A DNA stretch of 64,000 nt from Candidatus Dormiibacterota bacterium (GCA_963768105.1 CAVYGR010000001.1:35453-99452); one strand, 5' to 3'. Numbered from the stretch's first letter, positions 1-12,087 are shown. Made by a program: numbers and translations. Notes: generated by a model not told the origin, from the letters alone.

Positions 1-1
1 G

Positions 2-310
2 GTCGCCATCCGCTCCGCGGCCGGCGACTGGTCGGGCGGTTACCTCGTCGTCGCGACGTTGCTCGTGGCCGCCGGGGCCTGGGCATTTGCGACGCTCGTC
101 GGACGCCCTCTGGTCACTGCCCCGGTGCCGGAAGGCGAGATCCCTCCAGTCGCCACCCAGGCCCTGGGCCTGCGCCCCGCGCGCCAGGTCCGCCCGGTCC
201 TGCTCCGTGGAACAGGCTGGCTCGGCCAGATCGACGACTGGCTCACGGTGCAGCCCCAGCTTGCGCTGGTCCTCGGTGGATCGATCGTGGCCATCTTTCT
301 GATCCACTGA
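2..310 (+). CDS. C-terminal fragment of an integral membrane protein (gene begins upstream of the window)
   Basis: The frame is open from the window edge to TGA 308-310. The tail is hydrophobic (...LALVLGGSIVAIFLIH). The stop overlaps the ATG of the next gene (TGATG). Third codon positions are GC-rich. Confidence 0.4.
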   Translation, partial: VAIRSAAGDWSGGYLVVATLLVAAGAWAFATLVGRPLVTAPVPEGEIPPVATQALGLRPARQVRPVLLRGTGWLGQIDDWLTVQPQLALVLGGSIVAIFLIH

Positions 311-957
311 TGGGGGTTTCGGCACCGCTCCTGTCGGCTGCCGGGGTGATCGCCGCCGTCGTCGCGATGATGGTCGACGGCCGCCGCGCGGTGGCCATCA
401 CTGCCGTCGTCCTTGCGGCTGGCATGGCGCCGACCGCCGCAGCGTTCGGCGGGGGGCCCGGCGTCGCGGTGCTCGGCGCGAGCGCCGTCAGCGCGGTGGC
501 GTTCGCCTGGGGCGGGTGGGCGGCCGGCCGTCTCCTGCCGTGGGTCGCCGGGCTCGATCCCAGCATCCCAGCGTTCGCTCCCCCCGACCGGCTCTTCGGG
601 CCGCGCAGCATCCGGGCTTTCGGAGCGGCGGTGGCGGTCCCCTTCGCGTCCTGGGTGAGCTTCAACGTCCCGGTGGGGCAGGTGACGGCTGTCGAGGGAC
701 TGCTCTTCCCGACCGCCTACGCCTGGAGCTGCGGGGTCATCCGCCTGCTGCTCGCCCGAACCGTCGAGGATCTGGCGGTCGGAGTCGCTATGGTGTCGCT
801 CGCGACCGGGACCGCGTGGCTGCTGCGCAGCGGTACCGACTCGCTCCCGGGCGCGGCGCTCGCGTGCGCGGTGGCTCCGATCGCCGCGTTGGTCGCCGGT
901 TGGCTCGCCGGACGGAGCTCGCGCCGCCGGCGGCAACGAATCGAAGCCGAAGCATGA
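310..957 (+). CDS. Integral membrane protein, 215 aa, function unknown
   Basis: ORF 310..957 has several hydrophobic helices (GVIAAVVAMMV, AVSAVAFAWGGWAAG, AMVSLATGTAWLL). Its stop overlaps the next start as ATGA at 954-957. Confidence 0.5.
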   Translation: MGVSAPLLSAAGVIAAVVAMMVDGRRAVAITAVVLAAGMAPTAAAFGGGPGVAVLGASAVSAVAFAWGGWAAGRLLPWVAGLDPSIPAFAPPDRLFGPRSIRAFGAAVAVPFASWVSFNVPVGQVTAVEGLLFPTAYAWSCGVIRLLLARTVEDLAVGVAMVSLATGTAWLLRSGTDSLPGAALACAVAPIAALVAGWLAGRSSRRRRQRIEAEA

Positions 958-2198
958 GCCCGTTCGTGATCGCCGCGGTCTGGCTGGGCCTCGGCGCCGT
1001 CGCGGCGCTGCTGCTTCGGCGCCGCTACGCCAGGTGGCTGGCGATCGTCCCGCTCGCGGGCGCAGGGCTCACCCTGCTGGCCACCCGCTCGCTCACCCCG
1101 GCGGTTCCGCTCGGTGGTCTTGCCGCGATCAGCGGCCTCGACCGCGCCGGCCAGGGCATGCTCGTGGTGTCGGGGGTGTCGATGGCCCTCGTGATCGCGC
1201 TCCAACCGGCGGTCGACGTCTCGATCGGACGCACCCTGGGAGTTGTGGGGGCGGCGGCGACCCTGGCGATGGCCAGCAGCGATCCCCTCGTCACGGCCCT
1301 GGTGCTCACCGCGGCGCTGGGCACCCTCGTCCTTCGCTGGACCGGCCAGGGTCCCGGGAGAGCCACACTTGCCGCGGGCCGGGTCGCAGGCAGCGGGACT
1401 GCGGCGCTGGTCGCGGCCGCACCCCTGCTCCCGCTTTCCGGATTCACAACCGGGGCCCGCCCGGTCGTGGTTGCGGCGCTGCTGGCGGCCGGTGTCGCTT
1501 CGTTGCTCGCGGTGTACCCGCTCGGCGGATGGGCTGCCGGGATCATCGGATCGTTACGGCCCGCGGAGGTCGCACCGTGGCTGGTGCTGCTCGTGCCGGT
1601 GGTCCTGCTCCTCGGCGAGCGGATCCCGGGCGGCGAGCTCGGTGACGGCGTGCCACTGTTCGAACACGTCCTGCTCGTGCTCGGTCTCGGCAGTGCGTTG
1701 TGGGGCGGCGTCTGGGCGGTGCACGGACCCGCTCGTGCCCGCTACGGGCGGGTGTTCATGGCGGACGTGGCGCTCTGCATCGCCGCCGTCGGCGGCGCCC
1801 GGAGCTCGCCGGCAGTCTCCGGCACCCTGATCATCGTGCTCACCCACCTGACCGTTGCCCCGGTCCTCCTCCGTGCCGGCGAAGCCGGTCTGCAGTGGCC
1901 GCGCCGGGTCGCGTGGGCGCTGCTCAGCGGGGTGCCGCCGTCACCGAGCTTCTGGGGGCGCTTCCTGATTCTCGAGGCGCTGGCAGCCGGCAACATCGGG
2001 TCGACGGTGGCCGCCGTGCTGGCGATGACGGCGATCTTCATCGCGACGGTGTCGGCCTGCGCCTCGCGAGCCGTCGCGGCTCCCGAACCGGCATGGCGTG
2101 CTCGAGTGCCCGAAGCCGGCGCCTGGCTCCTCGTTGCTGTCGGAATTGCCATCGGGCTTGCGCCGCAGTCGCTGTCCGGATTCGTTTTCGGGAACTGA
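954..2198 (+). CDS. Divergent NuoL/M/N-MrpD-type polytopic membrane subunit-like protein
   Basis: ATG 954 lies inside listed ORF 516..2198, whose N-terminal 146 aa are Arg/Gly-rich and look non-coding. The protein is about 414 aa and very hydrophobic. LLSGVPPSPSFWGRFLILEAL resembles the LAG(I/L)PP..GF..K helix of proton-conducting antiporter-like subunits. Confidence 0.5.
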   Translation: MSPFVIAAVWLGLGAVAALLLRRRYARWLAIVPLAGAGLTLLATRSLTPAVPLGGLAAISGLDRAGQGMLVVSGVSMALVIALQPAVDVSIGRTLGVVGAAATLAMASSDPLVTALVLTAALGTLVLRWTGQGPGRATLAAGRVAGSGTAALVAAAPLLPLSGFTTGARPVVVAALLAAGVASLLAVYPLGGWAAGIIGSLRPAEVAPWLVLLVPVVLLLGERIPGGELGDGVPLFEHVLLVLGLGSALWGGVWAVHGPARARYGRVFMADVALCIAAVGGARSSPAVSGTLIIVLTHLTVAPVLLRAGEAGLQWPRRVAWALLSGVPPSPSFWGRFLILEALAAGNIGSTVAAVLAMTAIFIATVSACASRAVAAPEPAWRARVPEAGAWLLVAVGIAIGLAPQSLSGFVFGN

Positions 2199-2201
2199 AA
2201 G

Positions 2202-2939
2202 ATGGATCCGCTCGGTCTGCTGCTCGAGGCCGTCGCCATCGCGGTATACCCGGGAGGGCTCTTTCTGGCCGGCCTCGCCTGGCTGATGCGCCGGGCCGCG
2301 GGCGCGCCCGTGGGCACTGGGATGGACGTGCGTCGCGTTGCGGCGATCGTCGCGGCAACCCTGGCCGCGTCGATGGCCTCCCTTCCGGGGTCGCCCGCCG
2401 CCGCGATCCCTCCCCCCGGCGGTGCGGCACCGAACCTGGCTGCCGCAGTCCTGCTGCTCTTCGTGGCGGGCGGGCTGGTGGCCCCCGAGCCGTGGTCGTT
2501 TCGCCGGCGCGCGCTCCTCGGACTCGGAGGCGTCTCGATGCTGCTGCTCGGCCTCATCGCTGCCTCATTCTCGATCCCCGCCCTCGCAGGGGCCGGGGGC
2601 ACCGGCGCCACCGCGGCGCGAATCCTGGCTGCCATCGCCGCGCTGACGGCGGTGCCGCTGGTCCTGCAGCCACATCTCTCCGGTGCAGGCGCAACCGCAC
2701 GCGTGGTGGTCCTCGCGGCGACCGCCGAGGTCGTGCTGTCGACCCTCATCCCACCGTCGCTGCGATGGGAGCCGGCCGTCCTCGCGGTGCTGGCGCTGGT
2801 TGCGGCGGTGCTGCTCTACGCGGTGCTGCTCCGGATGGGGCGGGCGGCGACGCAACGCGAACATCCCTCCCTGGTGGTCGTTGCGGCCGCCTGCTGCGCG
2901 GCCGCGACAGTGGTGGCGGTCCTCGGCGCGCGACCATAG
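2202..2939 (+). CDS. Integral membrane protein, 245 aa, function unknown
   Basis: ORF 2202..2939 starts 4 nt after the previous stop and is hydrophobic throughout. It is the last gene of the coupled membrane operon. Confidence 0.5.
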   Translation: MDPLGLLLEAVAIAVYPGGLFLAGLAWLMRRAAGAPVGTGMDVRRVAAIVAATLAASMASLPGSPAAAIPPPGGAAPNLAAAVLLLFVAGGLVAPEPWSFRRRALLGLGGVSMLLLGLIAASFSIPALAGAGGTGATAARILAAIAALTAVPLVLQPHLSGAGATARVVVLAATAEVVLSTLIPPSLRWEPAVLAVLALVAAVLLYAVLLRMGRAATQREHPSLVVVAAACCAAATVVAVLGARP

Positions 2940-3051
2940 TCCCTGCTGCATGAATGCAGACGTCGATCAACTCGCGGTCAGGTCGCGGTGCTAGCATGAA
3001 GCTCGAGTTGGCGCAAGATTCTCTGCGGTCTGCCGCACGTGTGAGAGCCAC

Positions 3052-3711
3052 GTGATCGGAATCGTCCTCGCCTCTCGGTCGCCTCGCCGCCGCGAGCTGC
3101 TGACCCGAGCCGGGATCCGCTTCCGCATCATCGAGCCTCCGGACGATGTCGCCCTTCCGGCCGGGGTGAGCGCAGAGCTCGCGGTGCAACTGGTCGCGCG
3201 TCAGAAGGCGGTGGCTGTCGCACTGACCGTGCCCGCCGGAACCTACATCCTCAGCGCCGACACGATCGTCGTGGGCCCGCGCGGCCCGCTCGGCAAGCCG
3301 CGGACGCCGGCACTGGCACGCGAGATGCTCAACGACCTCCGCGGCAAGCGCCACACGGTGCTCACCGGGGTCTGCGCGATGTGCACCGAGACTGAGCGCG
3401 AGGCACTGGGGGTCAGCCGCTCCGCGGTGAAGTTCTGCGACTTCACCGACGACGCGCTCGACATGTACGTCGCCTCAGGCGAGCCACTCGACCGCGCCGG
3501 TGCCTACGCGATCCAGGGCGGAGGTTCGGACTTCGTCGAGGCGGTCGCGGGGCGAATTGACACGGTGATCGGGCTCGATGTCGGCCTTGCCCTCCGCCTG
3601 CTTGGTGAGATCGGCTATCCGGACCCGCTGCCCCGGACCACCGACATCAACCTGACGGCATCGCGGCAGCGCCGGCCACTCGCGCCGCTTCGAACCGTAA
3701 CCAGGGTCTGA
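3052..3711 (+). CDS. maf: Maf-family nucleoside triphosphate pyrophosphatase (septum formation protein Maf)
   Basis: GTG start. The sequence carries MIGIVLASRSPRRRELL, SADTIVV and AGAYAIQG, all typical of Maf/YhdE. Confidence 0.85.
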   Translation: MIGIVLASRSPRRRELLTRAGIRFRIIEPPDDVALPAGVSAELAVQLVARQKAVAVALTVPAGTYILSADTIVVGPRGPLGKPRTPALAREMLNDLRGKRHTVLTGVCAMCTETEREALGVSRSAVKFCDFTDDALDMYVASGEPLDRAGAYAIQGGGSDFVEAVAGRIDTVIGLDVGLALRLLGEIGYPDPLPRTTDINLTASRQRRPLAPLRTVTRV

Positions 3712-3731
3712 CCGTTTCGCGTTGCAGGCGG

Positions 3732-4661
3732 GTGCGGACACTGGCGTCGCGACTTACGGGTCTGATCGCACTCTCGCTGCTGGCACCGACCGCGCTGACC
3801 CTCTCGGCGTGCGGCAGCAGCGTCGCCCAACTCACGATCGCGCTCACCCCCGATTTCTCCGGGGCCTTCACGCCCGGCACCACCGTCGGGAGCTTCACCG
3901 TCACGGTGGTGAACCTGGGTCCGGGCAACGCCTCGGGGGTTGTGGTGCACGCGATCATGCCGCCGACGTTCCAGTTCGAGTCGACGACGTCGATCGTCAC
4001 CAATGGCGCGGCTCGTACCTCGCCTCAGGACGCCGAGGCCGGGGTGTCGAATCCGGCGTGGGGCGTCTGGGCACTCTCCTCGCCGACCTCGCCCAACGGC
4101 ACCACCGTGAATGCCCAGGTCGCGATCACCTTCGGGGTGAACATCACCGCGCCTCCGACGACATACTCGTTGACGGCGCAGGTGGTCGACGACAACCTCA
4201 CGAGCACCGTGGAGAGCCATCCGCTGCAGGTTGAGGTGTACCAGGCCCCGCGGCTGGGAGTTTCCGCCTCGGTCGGTCCGTCCTCGGTCCACCCCGCCGG
4301 CCAGGTCACCTACAAGGTCACGGTGACCAACACCGGCAGCGGCATCGCGCCGGACGTCGCCGTGCTCGTGACCCTGCCGCCGATGCTGCAATTCCAGACG
4401 ACGATCATGCCGTTCGGGGGAAATGCGTCGATCCAGCAGCCGATCTTCCCGGTCAAGGGATCGGTGCTGGCCTTCTATGGCGGGTTCGAGTTACCGCCGC
4501 AGACGTCGCTCGGCGCGGGCAAGGTGACCATTGAATTCATTGCCCAGTGCATTGATCAACCCGGGAAGGGAGTATTCCCGATCCAGGTGCAGGTGACCGA
4601 TACGCTGGGCGACATCGCAAGCATCACCAACGTGGCGCCGGTCAATGTCTTCAATGCCTGA
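3732..4661 (+). CDS. Lipoprotein with DUF11-type (conserved repeat) beta-sandwich domains
   Basis: A signal peptide with lipobox (LTLSAC) is followed by repeated segments of the type TVTVVNLGPGNASGVVVHAIMP and TYKVTVTNTGSGIAPDVAVLVTLP. Confidence 0.7.
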   Translation: MRTLASRLTGLIALSLLAPTALTLSACGSSVAQLTIALTPDFSGAFTPGTTVGSFTVTVVNLGPGNASGVVVHAIMPPTFQFESTTSIVTNGAARTSPQDAEAGVSNPAWGVWALSSPTSPNGTTVNAQVAITFGVNITAPPTTYSLTAQVVDDNLTSTVESHPLQVEVYQAPRLGVSASVGPSSVHPAGQVTYKVTVTNTGSGIAPDVAVLVTLPPMLQFQTTIMPFGGNASIQQPIFPVKGSVLAFYGGFELPPQTSLGAGKVTIEFIAQCIDQPGKGVFPIQVQVTDTLGDIASITNVAPVNVFNA

Positions 4662-4773
4662 CGGCCGTCGTTCACCGTCGTGCCTTGGCGCGCACGTGGT
4701 AACCTCGCGTATCGCGCCCGGCGTGTCCCGGCGTTCCTCAGTGGAGTGAACCCGCTCCCGGCGAGAGAGACAG

Positions 4774-5325
4774 ATGTACGCAATCCTGCAACACGGCGGT
4801 CACCAGTACCGAGTCGCTTCCGGCGACCGGATCCTTGTCGACCGCATTCCTGTTGAGGTCGGATCGACAGTCACCCTTGAGTCCGTGCTGCTCATCGGTG
4901 ACGGCGCCGAGACCGACGTCGCCAAGGGGTCGCCGGTGGAGGCGTCGGTCACCGCGACCGTGATCGCGCACCGGCGGGGTCGGAAGATCCGGGTGTTCAC
5001 CTACAAGCCGAAGAAGCGCCATCGGCGCACGCTCGGCTTCCGAAGCCAGCTCACCGAACTGCGCATCGATGACGTGGCTCGAGGCAAGGGCGGAGCAGCC
5101 AAGGCAGCCGCGAAGCCGCGCAAGGCGACCGCGGCACCCAAGAAAGCCGAGGTTGCCGAAGCCACACCGGCAGCCGAAGTCGCCGTGGCCGACGAAGCCC
5201 CGAAGACAGCCGCCGCGGAGCCGGTGGTTGAGGACGCAACGTCCGAAAAGTCCCCCGGCGCAAAGCCGGCAACTCCGAGGCGCAGAGCCCCGAAACCCAA
5301 GAAGGACCCGGAAGATGGCGCATAA
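4774..5325 (+). CDS. rplU: 50S ribosomal protein L21 with an Ala/Lys/Pro-rich C-terminal extension of about 80 aa
   Basis: [14 protein letters not shown]...[27 protein letters not shown] is canonical bL21. The tail reads [23 protein letters not shown]...[11 protein letters not shown]. Confidence 0.95.
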   Translation: MYAILQHGGHQYRVASGDRILVDRIPVEVGSTVTLESVLLIGDGAETDVAKGSPVEASVTATVIAHRRGRKIRVFTYKPKKRHRRTLGFRSQLTELRIDDVARGKGGAAKAAAKPRKATAAPKKAEVAEATPAAEVAVADEAPKTAAAEPVVEDATSEKSPGAKPATPRRRAPKPKKDPEDGA

Positions 5326-5635
5326 GAAAGGCGGCGGAAGCTCCCGCAACGGACGCGACAGCAAGGCCAAGCGACTCGGTGTCAAGCGACACACCGGCGA
5401 GGTCGTCCTGGCGGGGACCATCCTGGTCCGCCAGCGGGGCACCAAGATCCTCGCCGGCGAGCACGTCGGCGTCGGGCGTGATCACACGCTTTTCGCATTG
5501 CGCACCGGGACGGTGGCGTACGACCAGACCGGTCACGAGCGCACCCGCGCCAACGTGCGGGCGATGCCGATCTTCTCGGTGGGCGAGATGATCGAGGAGC
5601 CGCTCGACGAGGAGCCGGTCGCAGCGACCGGCTGA
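5315..5635 (+). CDS. rpmA: 50S ribosomal protein L27
   Basis: ATG 5315 lies inside listed ORF 5069..5635. [25 protein letters not shown]...ILVRQRGTK is canonical bL27. It overlaps the rplU 3' end by 11 nt and has an acidic C-terminal extension of about 20 aa. Confidence 0.95.
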   Translation: MAHKKGGGSSRNGRDSKAKRLGVKRHTGEVVLAGTILVRQRGTKILAGEHVGVGRDHTLFALRTGTVAYDQTGHERTRANVRAMPIFSVGEMIEEPLDEEPVAATG

Positions 5636-7899
<2,264 letters not shown>

Positions 7900-7918
7900 A
7901 AACGCGCCGCCGGACGCG

Positions 7919-9289
7919 TCACGGCGCGAACACGGGCACACCGTGGATGATCGCGGCCGTGAGGTTGAGCAGGGCGAAGACGACCGCGATCGCGCTGAGC
8001 GCGATCGCCCCCCAGAGGATGCATCGCTCGGCCAGGCCGAGGTCCCTGCCGCCGATCCCGGCCAGGGGTGGAAGGACCGCCCCGAGCACCGCTCCGGCCA
8101 GCAGGCCGCCGACGTGCGCGTAGTTGTTGATGTAGCCAGAGCTGTTGAACAGGAGGGTGAAGGCGACGTTGAGCACGATGACGGTCACCGCGTAGTTGCG
8201 GACCGTGTGCGAGATGCCCACCGGCATCCCCTTCCCCTGAATCCGGCCGAGCATCAGGAGCAGGCCGATGAGGCCCGCGATGCCGCCCGACGCACCGATG
8301 GAGACGGTCGCCTGGATGCCCGGGAGCGTGAGGGGCAGATTGCTCGACCCCACCCAGAACAGGCCACCCGCGATCGCGGTGATCAGGAACGTGCCCAGGA
8401 GCACCAGCCGCCCGTACAGCTGCTCGACGAGCCTGCCGATGAACAGCATGGCGATGCCGTTGAAGAGCACGTGGTACACGCTGGTGTTGTCGTGCAGGAA
8501 GGCGCTGCTGACGAAGCGCCACCACTCGATGTCGCACCCCGGGCTTGGCCCGACCGCCGGATACAAGGTCGTGTTGGGGAGGGCGCCCCACGAGCAGATA
8601 TCCGGTGCTTTCGGGGAGCCCGAGATGGTGGTGGTCTCGATGAGCCAGATCACCACGAAGATCCCGATGAGCGCGTAGGTGAGGATGGGCTGCGTCACCA
8701 TCGCTCGCCGCACCGGGGCGACATAGCCTCCGGCGACCGTCTCATGCTCGGCCAGGTCGACCGCGGCAAGGGTTGGGGTGGGCGCACCGTCATGAACGGC
8801 GCGCGCCCTAGCGCGTAGCTCGCCGACCGACGGCAGGCCGGGCGGGATCGGCAGCACCGCCCCGGCGTTCCCGGAGGCGACGTCGACCCACGCGACCCCC
8901 AGCCGCACCGGGTCACCGGGGGTGGTCGCCACCGAGAGAGTGCCGGCGAGGGGGCCGAGCGCCACCAGCAGGATGTCGCACACCTGCGCACCCTGCTGCT
9001 GGATGCGATCGAGACCCCAGCGGCGGGCGGTCTCGCAGCGCTCGGCGAGGTCGCGGCCCGCCGCGTCCGGGTCCGGGGGCGGCTCGTAGAACGCCACCAG
9101 CGCGGCCCGAGGGCCGTTCCACATCGCAGCGGCCAGGACGTACCCGCCGAGGAGGGCTCCGAGCCGTCCGTCGCGCGGGTCGGCGACCCTGAGCCGGTAT
9201 CGGGTCACCAGGTCGAGCGCAATCGCGAGCGCGACCGGACTTGGCCCCGGCGGTGGAGCGGCGTGGTCGGGTGGGGCCACGTCCGTCAC
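7919..9289 (-). CDS. Rhomboid-family intramembrane serine protease with a cytoplasmic N-terminal domain of about 200 aa
   Basis: The C-terminal half carries FLHDNTSVYHVLFNGIAML, GASGGIAGLIG (catalytic Ser) and HVGGLLAGAVLG (catalytic His). Confidence 0.85.
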   Translation of the reverse strand: MTDVAPPDHAAPPPGPSPVALAIALDLVTRYRLRVADPRDGRLGALLGGYVLAAAMWNGPRAALVAFYEPPPDPDAAGRDLAERCETARRWGLDRIQQQGAQVCDILLVALGPLAGTLSVATTPGDPVRLGVAWVDVASGNAGAVLPIPPGLPSVGELRARARAVHDGAPTPTLAAVDLAEHETVAGGYVAPVRRAMVTQPILTYALIGIFVVIWLIETTTISGSPKAPDICSWGALPNTTLYPAVGPSPGCDIEWWRFVSSAFLHDNTSVYHVLFNGIAMLFIGRLVEQLYGRLVLLGTFLITAIAGGLFWVGSSNLPLTLPGIQATVSIGASGGIAGLIGLLLMLGRIQGKGMPVGISHTVRNYAVTVIVLNVAFTLLFNSSGYINNYAHVGGLLAGAVLGAVLPPLAGIGGRDLGLAERCILWGAIALSAIAVVFALLNLTAAIIHGVPVFAP

Positions 9290-9333
9290 CGGGCCAGTCT
9301 ACCCATCGGGCGACGAGGCGCCCTTACGTCGGG

Positions 9334-11826
9334 TCAGGGTACCGGAAAAGTCGGACCCGGGGTGGGTGAAGCCGTCGGCGATGGCCCGGGGGATGGATTC
9401 GGGGTCGGAGGCGGCGCGGCCTTGGTCGGCCCCGCGTAGGTGCAGATCTGGGTCGGAAGCGGGACGGGGCCGTAGTACGTGCAGTTGGTGCTCGCGCCGG
9501 GCTGGGTCCCCGGGAGGTAGAAGTTGGCATTGTCGCCGGGCCCGTCGGCGATGATATCGGTCGGACGCGTGTACCACGTGTCCGGGACGCCCTTGAGCGC
9601 CGAGGACATGTAGATGTGCCAGATGGGCGCCGCACCGCTGTATCCCGACACGATGCCGTCGAGGTGTCCGCAGTCACCATTGATGGGAGTCAACCCGTAG
9701 TGACGGAGGTCTGACGGGCTGAAGGGATCGGTGTACGTGTTCTCTCCGTTGACGATGTTGCCCCGCGCGATCTGTTTGCGCATGAAGGCCTGGTCCTTGG
9801 GTTGGAGGCAGCTCTGGGTGCCGCTGCCGACCCAGACCGCGGTGAGCAGGCTCGGGGTCCAGCCAACCGTGAGGTTGTCGATGAAGAACGGCGCGGTGCC
9901 GGTCTTGGCGCTCACCCGCCGCGGGTTGAGCGTGAGATATCCATTGGGGCCGAACTCCTTGAGGCGGTTGGCGTCGTTGCTGGTGATCTCATCCATGATG
10001 TACGCGACGTTCGCCGGCACGGCCTGGCGGCCCGCCGCCGCGGGGTTGTACGTCCAGACGGTCTTACCGGTCGCCTCGGCGACGATGCTGGTCACCGGCA
10101 TCGGGTTGTGCTGCACTCCCATGTCGGCGAGCGTTGCGGCGCCGTCGGCGAGGTCGAGCAGCGTGATGCCGCATGTGAGCGAACCGAGTGTCGCCGCCCA
10201 TTCATCCGGAGGCGGCCAGTTGACGGCCTGTCCGTTCTCGCATTTCTGGTCGATGGAGTGCACACCCATGGCCAGCTCGAGGTTGGTGATGTAGTTGATG
10301 CCGGTCGCGTACTCGACCTTCACCGCGGGCATGTTGAACGAGTTTCCGAGGCACTGTTTGAGGTCACACACGCCGTGCCAGCGCCGGTCGTAGTCGAGGG
10401 GCGAATACCCGCCGGGATTCCCGGGGATCGGGAACGTGTACGGACCGTCAAGGATCGGCGTCGTCATATTGAGTTTCGTCGACGCGATTGCCGCCGTGTA
10501 GGTGAACAGCTTGATCGTCGATCCGGGATTGATCTGCGTTGTCGCCATGTTGAACTGACCGATGTACGGGTCCGCGTAGTTCCACGTCCCGACCATGGCG
10601 ATGATCTCGCCGTTCTGCGGGTTCAGGCTGACCAGCGCGCCGTCACGCATGTTCTCCGCGTTCCGCTCCTTGGCAACCTGGCTGTGCACCGTCGCGTACG
10701 CGAGATTCTGCTTCGCCGGCTGCAGGGTCGTGTGGATGATGTAGCCGCCGGGATTCATGGCCTGGGGGAAATTGGCCGCGAGATATCCCTGCAGGTACTG
10801 GACGAAGTCGGGATCGAGGTCGGGTTCCAACTCGGTCCAGGAGTGGAACGTGAGCTTCTCCGCGTACGCTGCTGCCGCCACCGGCTCGGTGACGTCCCCG
10901 TTGGCGACCATCGCCTGCAGCACCGCCTTCTGGCGGTACTTCGCGAGCATGTTCACCGACGCACCGGCCGGGTGGGTGAGCGGGTTGTACGCAGTCGGCG
11001 ACTGCGGGAGTCCGGCGAGGAGGGACGCCTGGGCAAGATCCAACTGGCTCGCCGGCTTCTGGAAGTAGAGCTGCGCCGCCGAGCCGATGCCTACCGCGAA
11101 GTTGCCGTAGAAGATCCTGTTGATGTACATCTCGAGGATCTGATCCTTGGTGAAGTTGAGCTCGATCTCATTGCCGAGCACGATCTCCTTGATCTTGTAA
11201 TCGATGCTCTGGGGTGGATCGGCGCCGCCGTAGAGGCTGATCTTGGCGAGCTGTTCTGTGATCGTCGACCCACCCTGGACGGTGCTGCTGCTGTGCGTGA
11301 CGTTCGCGATGCCGGCCTCGACCAGGCGAGGGAGGTCCCAGGAGCCCTCGGTGAAGAAATGGCGATCCTCGACGGCGACGATCGCCTCCTTGAAGTACGG
11401 CGAGATGTCGGTCAGGCCCGCGTGGATGTGGCGGTACCCACTGTTGTGAAACACGTCGATGAGCTGGTTCGAGGCGTCGTACACCGACGTGTCGATCTGC
11501 GGCTCCATGTTCGTGATCGTTGAGGCGTCCGGAAGCTGGCTCTTGTACGCGTTGTATCCGGCGAAGACAGCGCCGACCGTTCCCGCCCCGATCGCCGAGA
11601 AGAGGGTGACCAGGATGAGGACGATGCGGAGGACGCGGCCGCGACGGCGCGGCCGGCGGAGGTGGCGGTAGGCGCTCGCCCGGCGGCGGCGCAGCTCGGC
11701 GCGCGCGGCGGCCTGGGCGGCCCCGATCCCCGGATTGGTAGATCCGGACGGGCGAAGCTGCGCCCGCGAGCCGTTGGAGAGACCCGCCCGGCGACGCCGG
11801 GCCTCCGGGCCCTCGTCGAGGCTCAA
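9334..11826 (-). CDS. ponA: Class A penicillin-binding protein (bifunctional transglycosylase/transpeptidase)
   Basis: GT51 motifs EDRHFF and GGSTITEQLAK are followed by a transpeptidase domain (STIKLFTY). There is an N-terminal TM anchor and a Pro-rich C-terminal tail. Confidence 0.9.
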   Translation of the reverse strand: MSLDEGPEARRRRAGLSNGSRAQLRPSGSTNPGIGAAQAAARAELRRRRASAYRHLRRPRRRGRVLRIVLILVTLFSAIGAGTVGAVFAGYNAYKSQLPDASTITNMEPQIDTSVYDASNQLIDVFHNSGYRHIHAGLTDISPYFKEAIVAVEDRHFFTEGSWDLPRLVEAGIANVTHSSSTVQGGSTITEQLAKISLYGGADPPQSIDYKIKEIVLGNEIELNFTKDQILEMYINRIFYGNFAVGIGSAAQLYFQKPASQLDLAQASLLAGLPQSPTAYNPLTHPAGASVNMLAKYRQKAVLQAMVANGDVTEPVAAAAYAEKLTFHSWTELEPDLDPDFVQYLQGYLAANFPQAMNPGGYIIHTTLQPAKQNLAYATVHSQVAKERNAENMRDGALVSLNPQNGEIIAMVGTWNYADPYIGQFNMATTQINPGSTIKLFTYTAAIASTKLNMTTPILDGPYTFPIPGNPGGYSPLDYDRRWHGVCDLKQCLGNSFNMPAVKVEYATGINYITNLELAMGVHSIDQKCENGQAVNWPPPDEWAATLGSLTCGITLLDLADGAATLADMGVQHNPMPVTSIVAEATGKTVWTYNPAAAGRQAVPANVAYIMDEITSNDANRLKEFGPNGYLTLNPRRVSAKTGTAPFFIDNLTVGWTPSLLTAVWVGSGTQSCLQPKDQAFMRKQIARGNIVNGENTYTDPFSPSDLRHYGLTPINGDCGHLDGIVSGYSGAAPIWHIYMSSALKGVPDTWYTRPTDIIADGPGDNANFYLPGTQPGASTNCTYYGPVPLPTQICTYAGPTKAAPPPTPNPSPGPSPTASPTPGPTFPVP

Positions 11827-11934
11827 GCCGGTACCGTCACGTGCATGTTCGAGATGATCTCCTGACTTCTCAGCGCCCTGGCGCGCCGGAAGTGCCGCCG
11901 AGTTCCCCGGTGAAACGCCGGAGCCCGGCTCGGG

Positions 11935-12087
11935 TTACGCCGGCCGCATGGCGACGGCGAGGACGAAGAGCGCGGCGAACACGGCGATGATGACCGCCCC
12001 GGCGAGGAGCGCGCCGGGGCCCTCCTCGATCCAGAACGGGCCCACGCGGCGCCGGCCCGGGGCGCCTTCGTCGAGTGGCACGGCCAT
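11935..12087 (-). CDS. Small single-pass membrane protein (50 aa), hypothetical
   Basis: The ATG-to-TAA mini-ORF lies below the ORF-track cutoff and encodes MAVPLDEGAPGRRRVGPFWIEEGPGALLAGAVIIAVFAALFVLAVAMRPA. Third positions are strongly GC-rich and there is one clear TM helix. It lies upstream of ponA on the same strand. Confidence 0.35.
   Translation of the reverse strand: MAVPLDEGAPGRRRVGPFWIEEGPGALLAGAVIIAVFAALFVLAVAMRPA

Noticed and set aside
40-936. A 298-aa minus-strand ORF overlapping the first membrane-protein genes
   Set aside because: It is extremely Arg/Gly/Pro/Asp-rich with no hydrophobic core or motif, and it is antisense to coherent hydrophobic plus-strand genes. This is the typical shadow ORF of GC-rich DNA.
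2946-2959. CTGCAT-ga-ATGCAG palindrome just after the membrane operon stop
   Set aside because: A 2-nt spacer cannot form a hairpin loop, there is no U-tract, and it is a single occurrence. That is too little to call it a terminator or operator.
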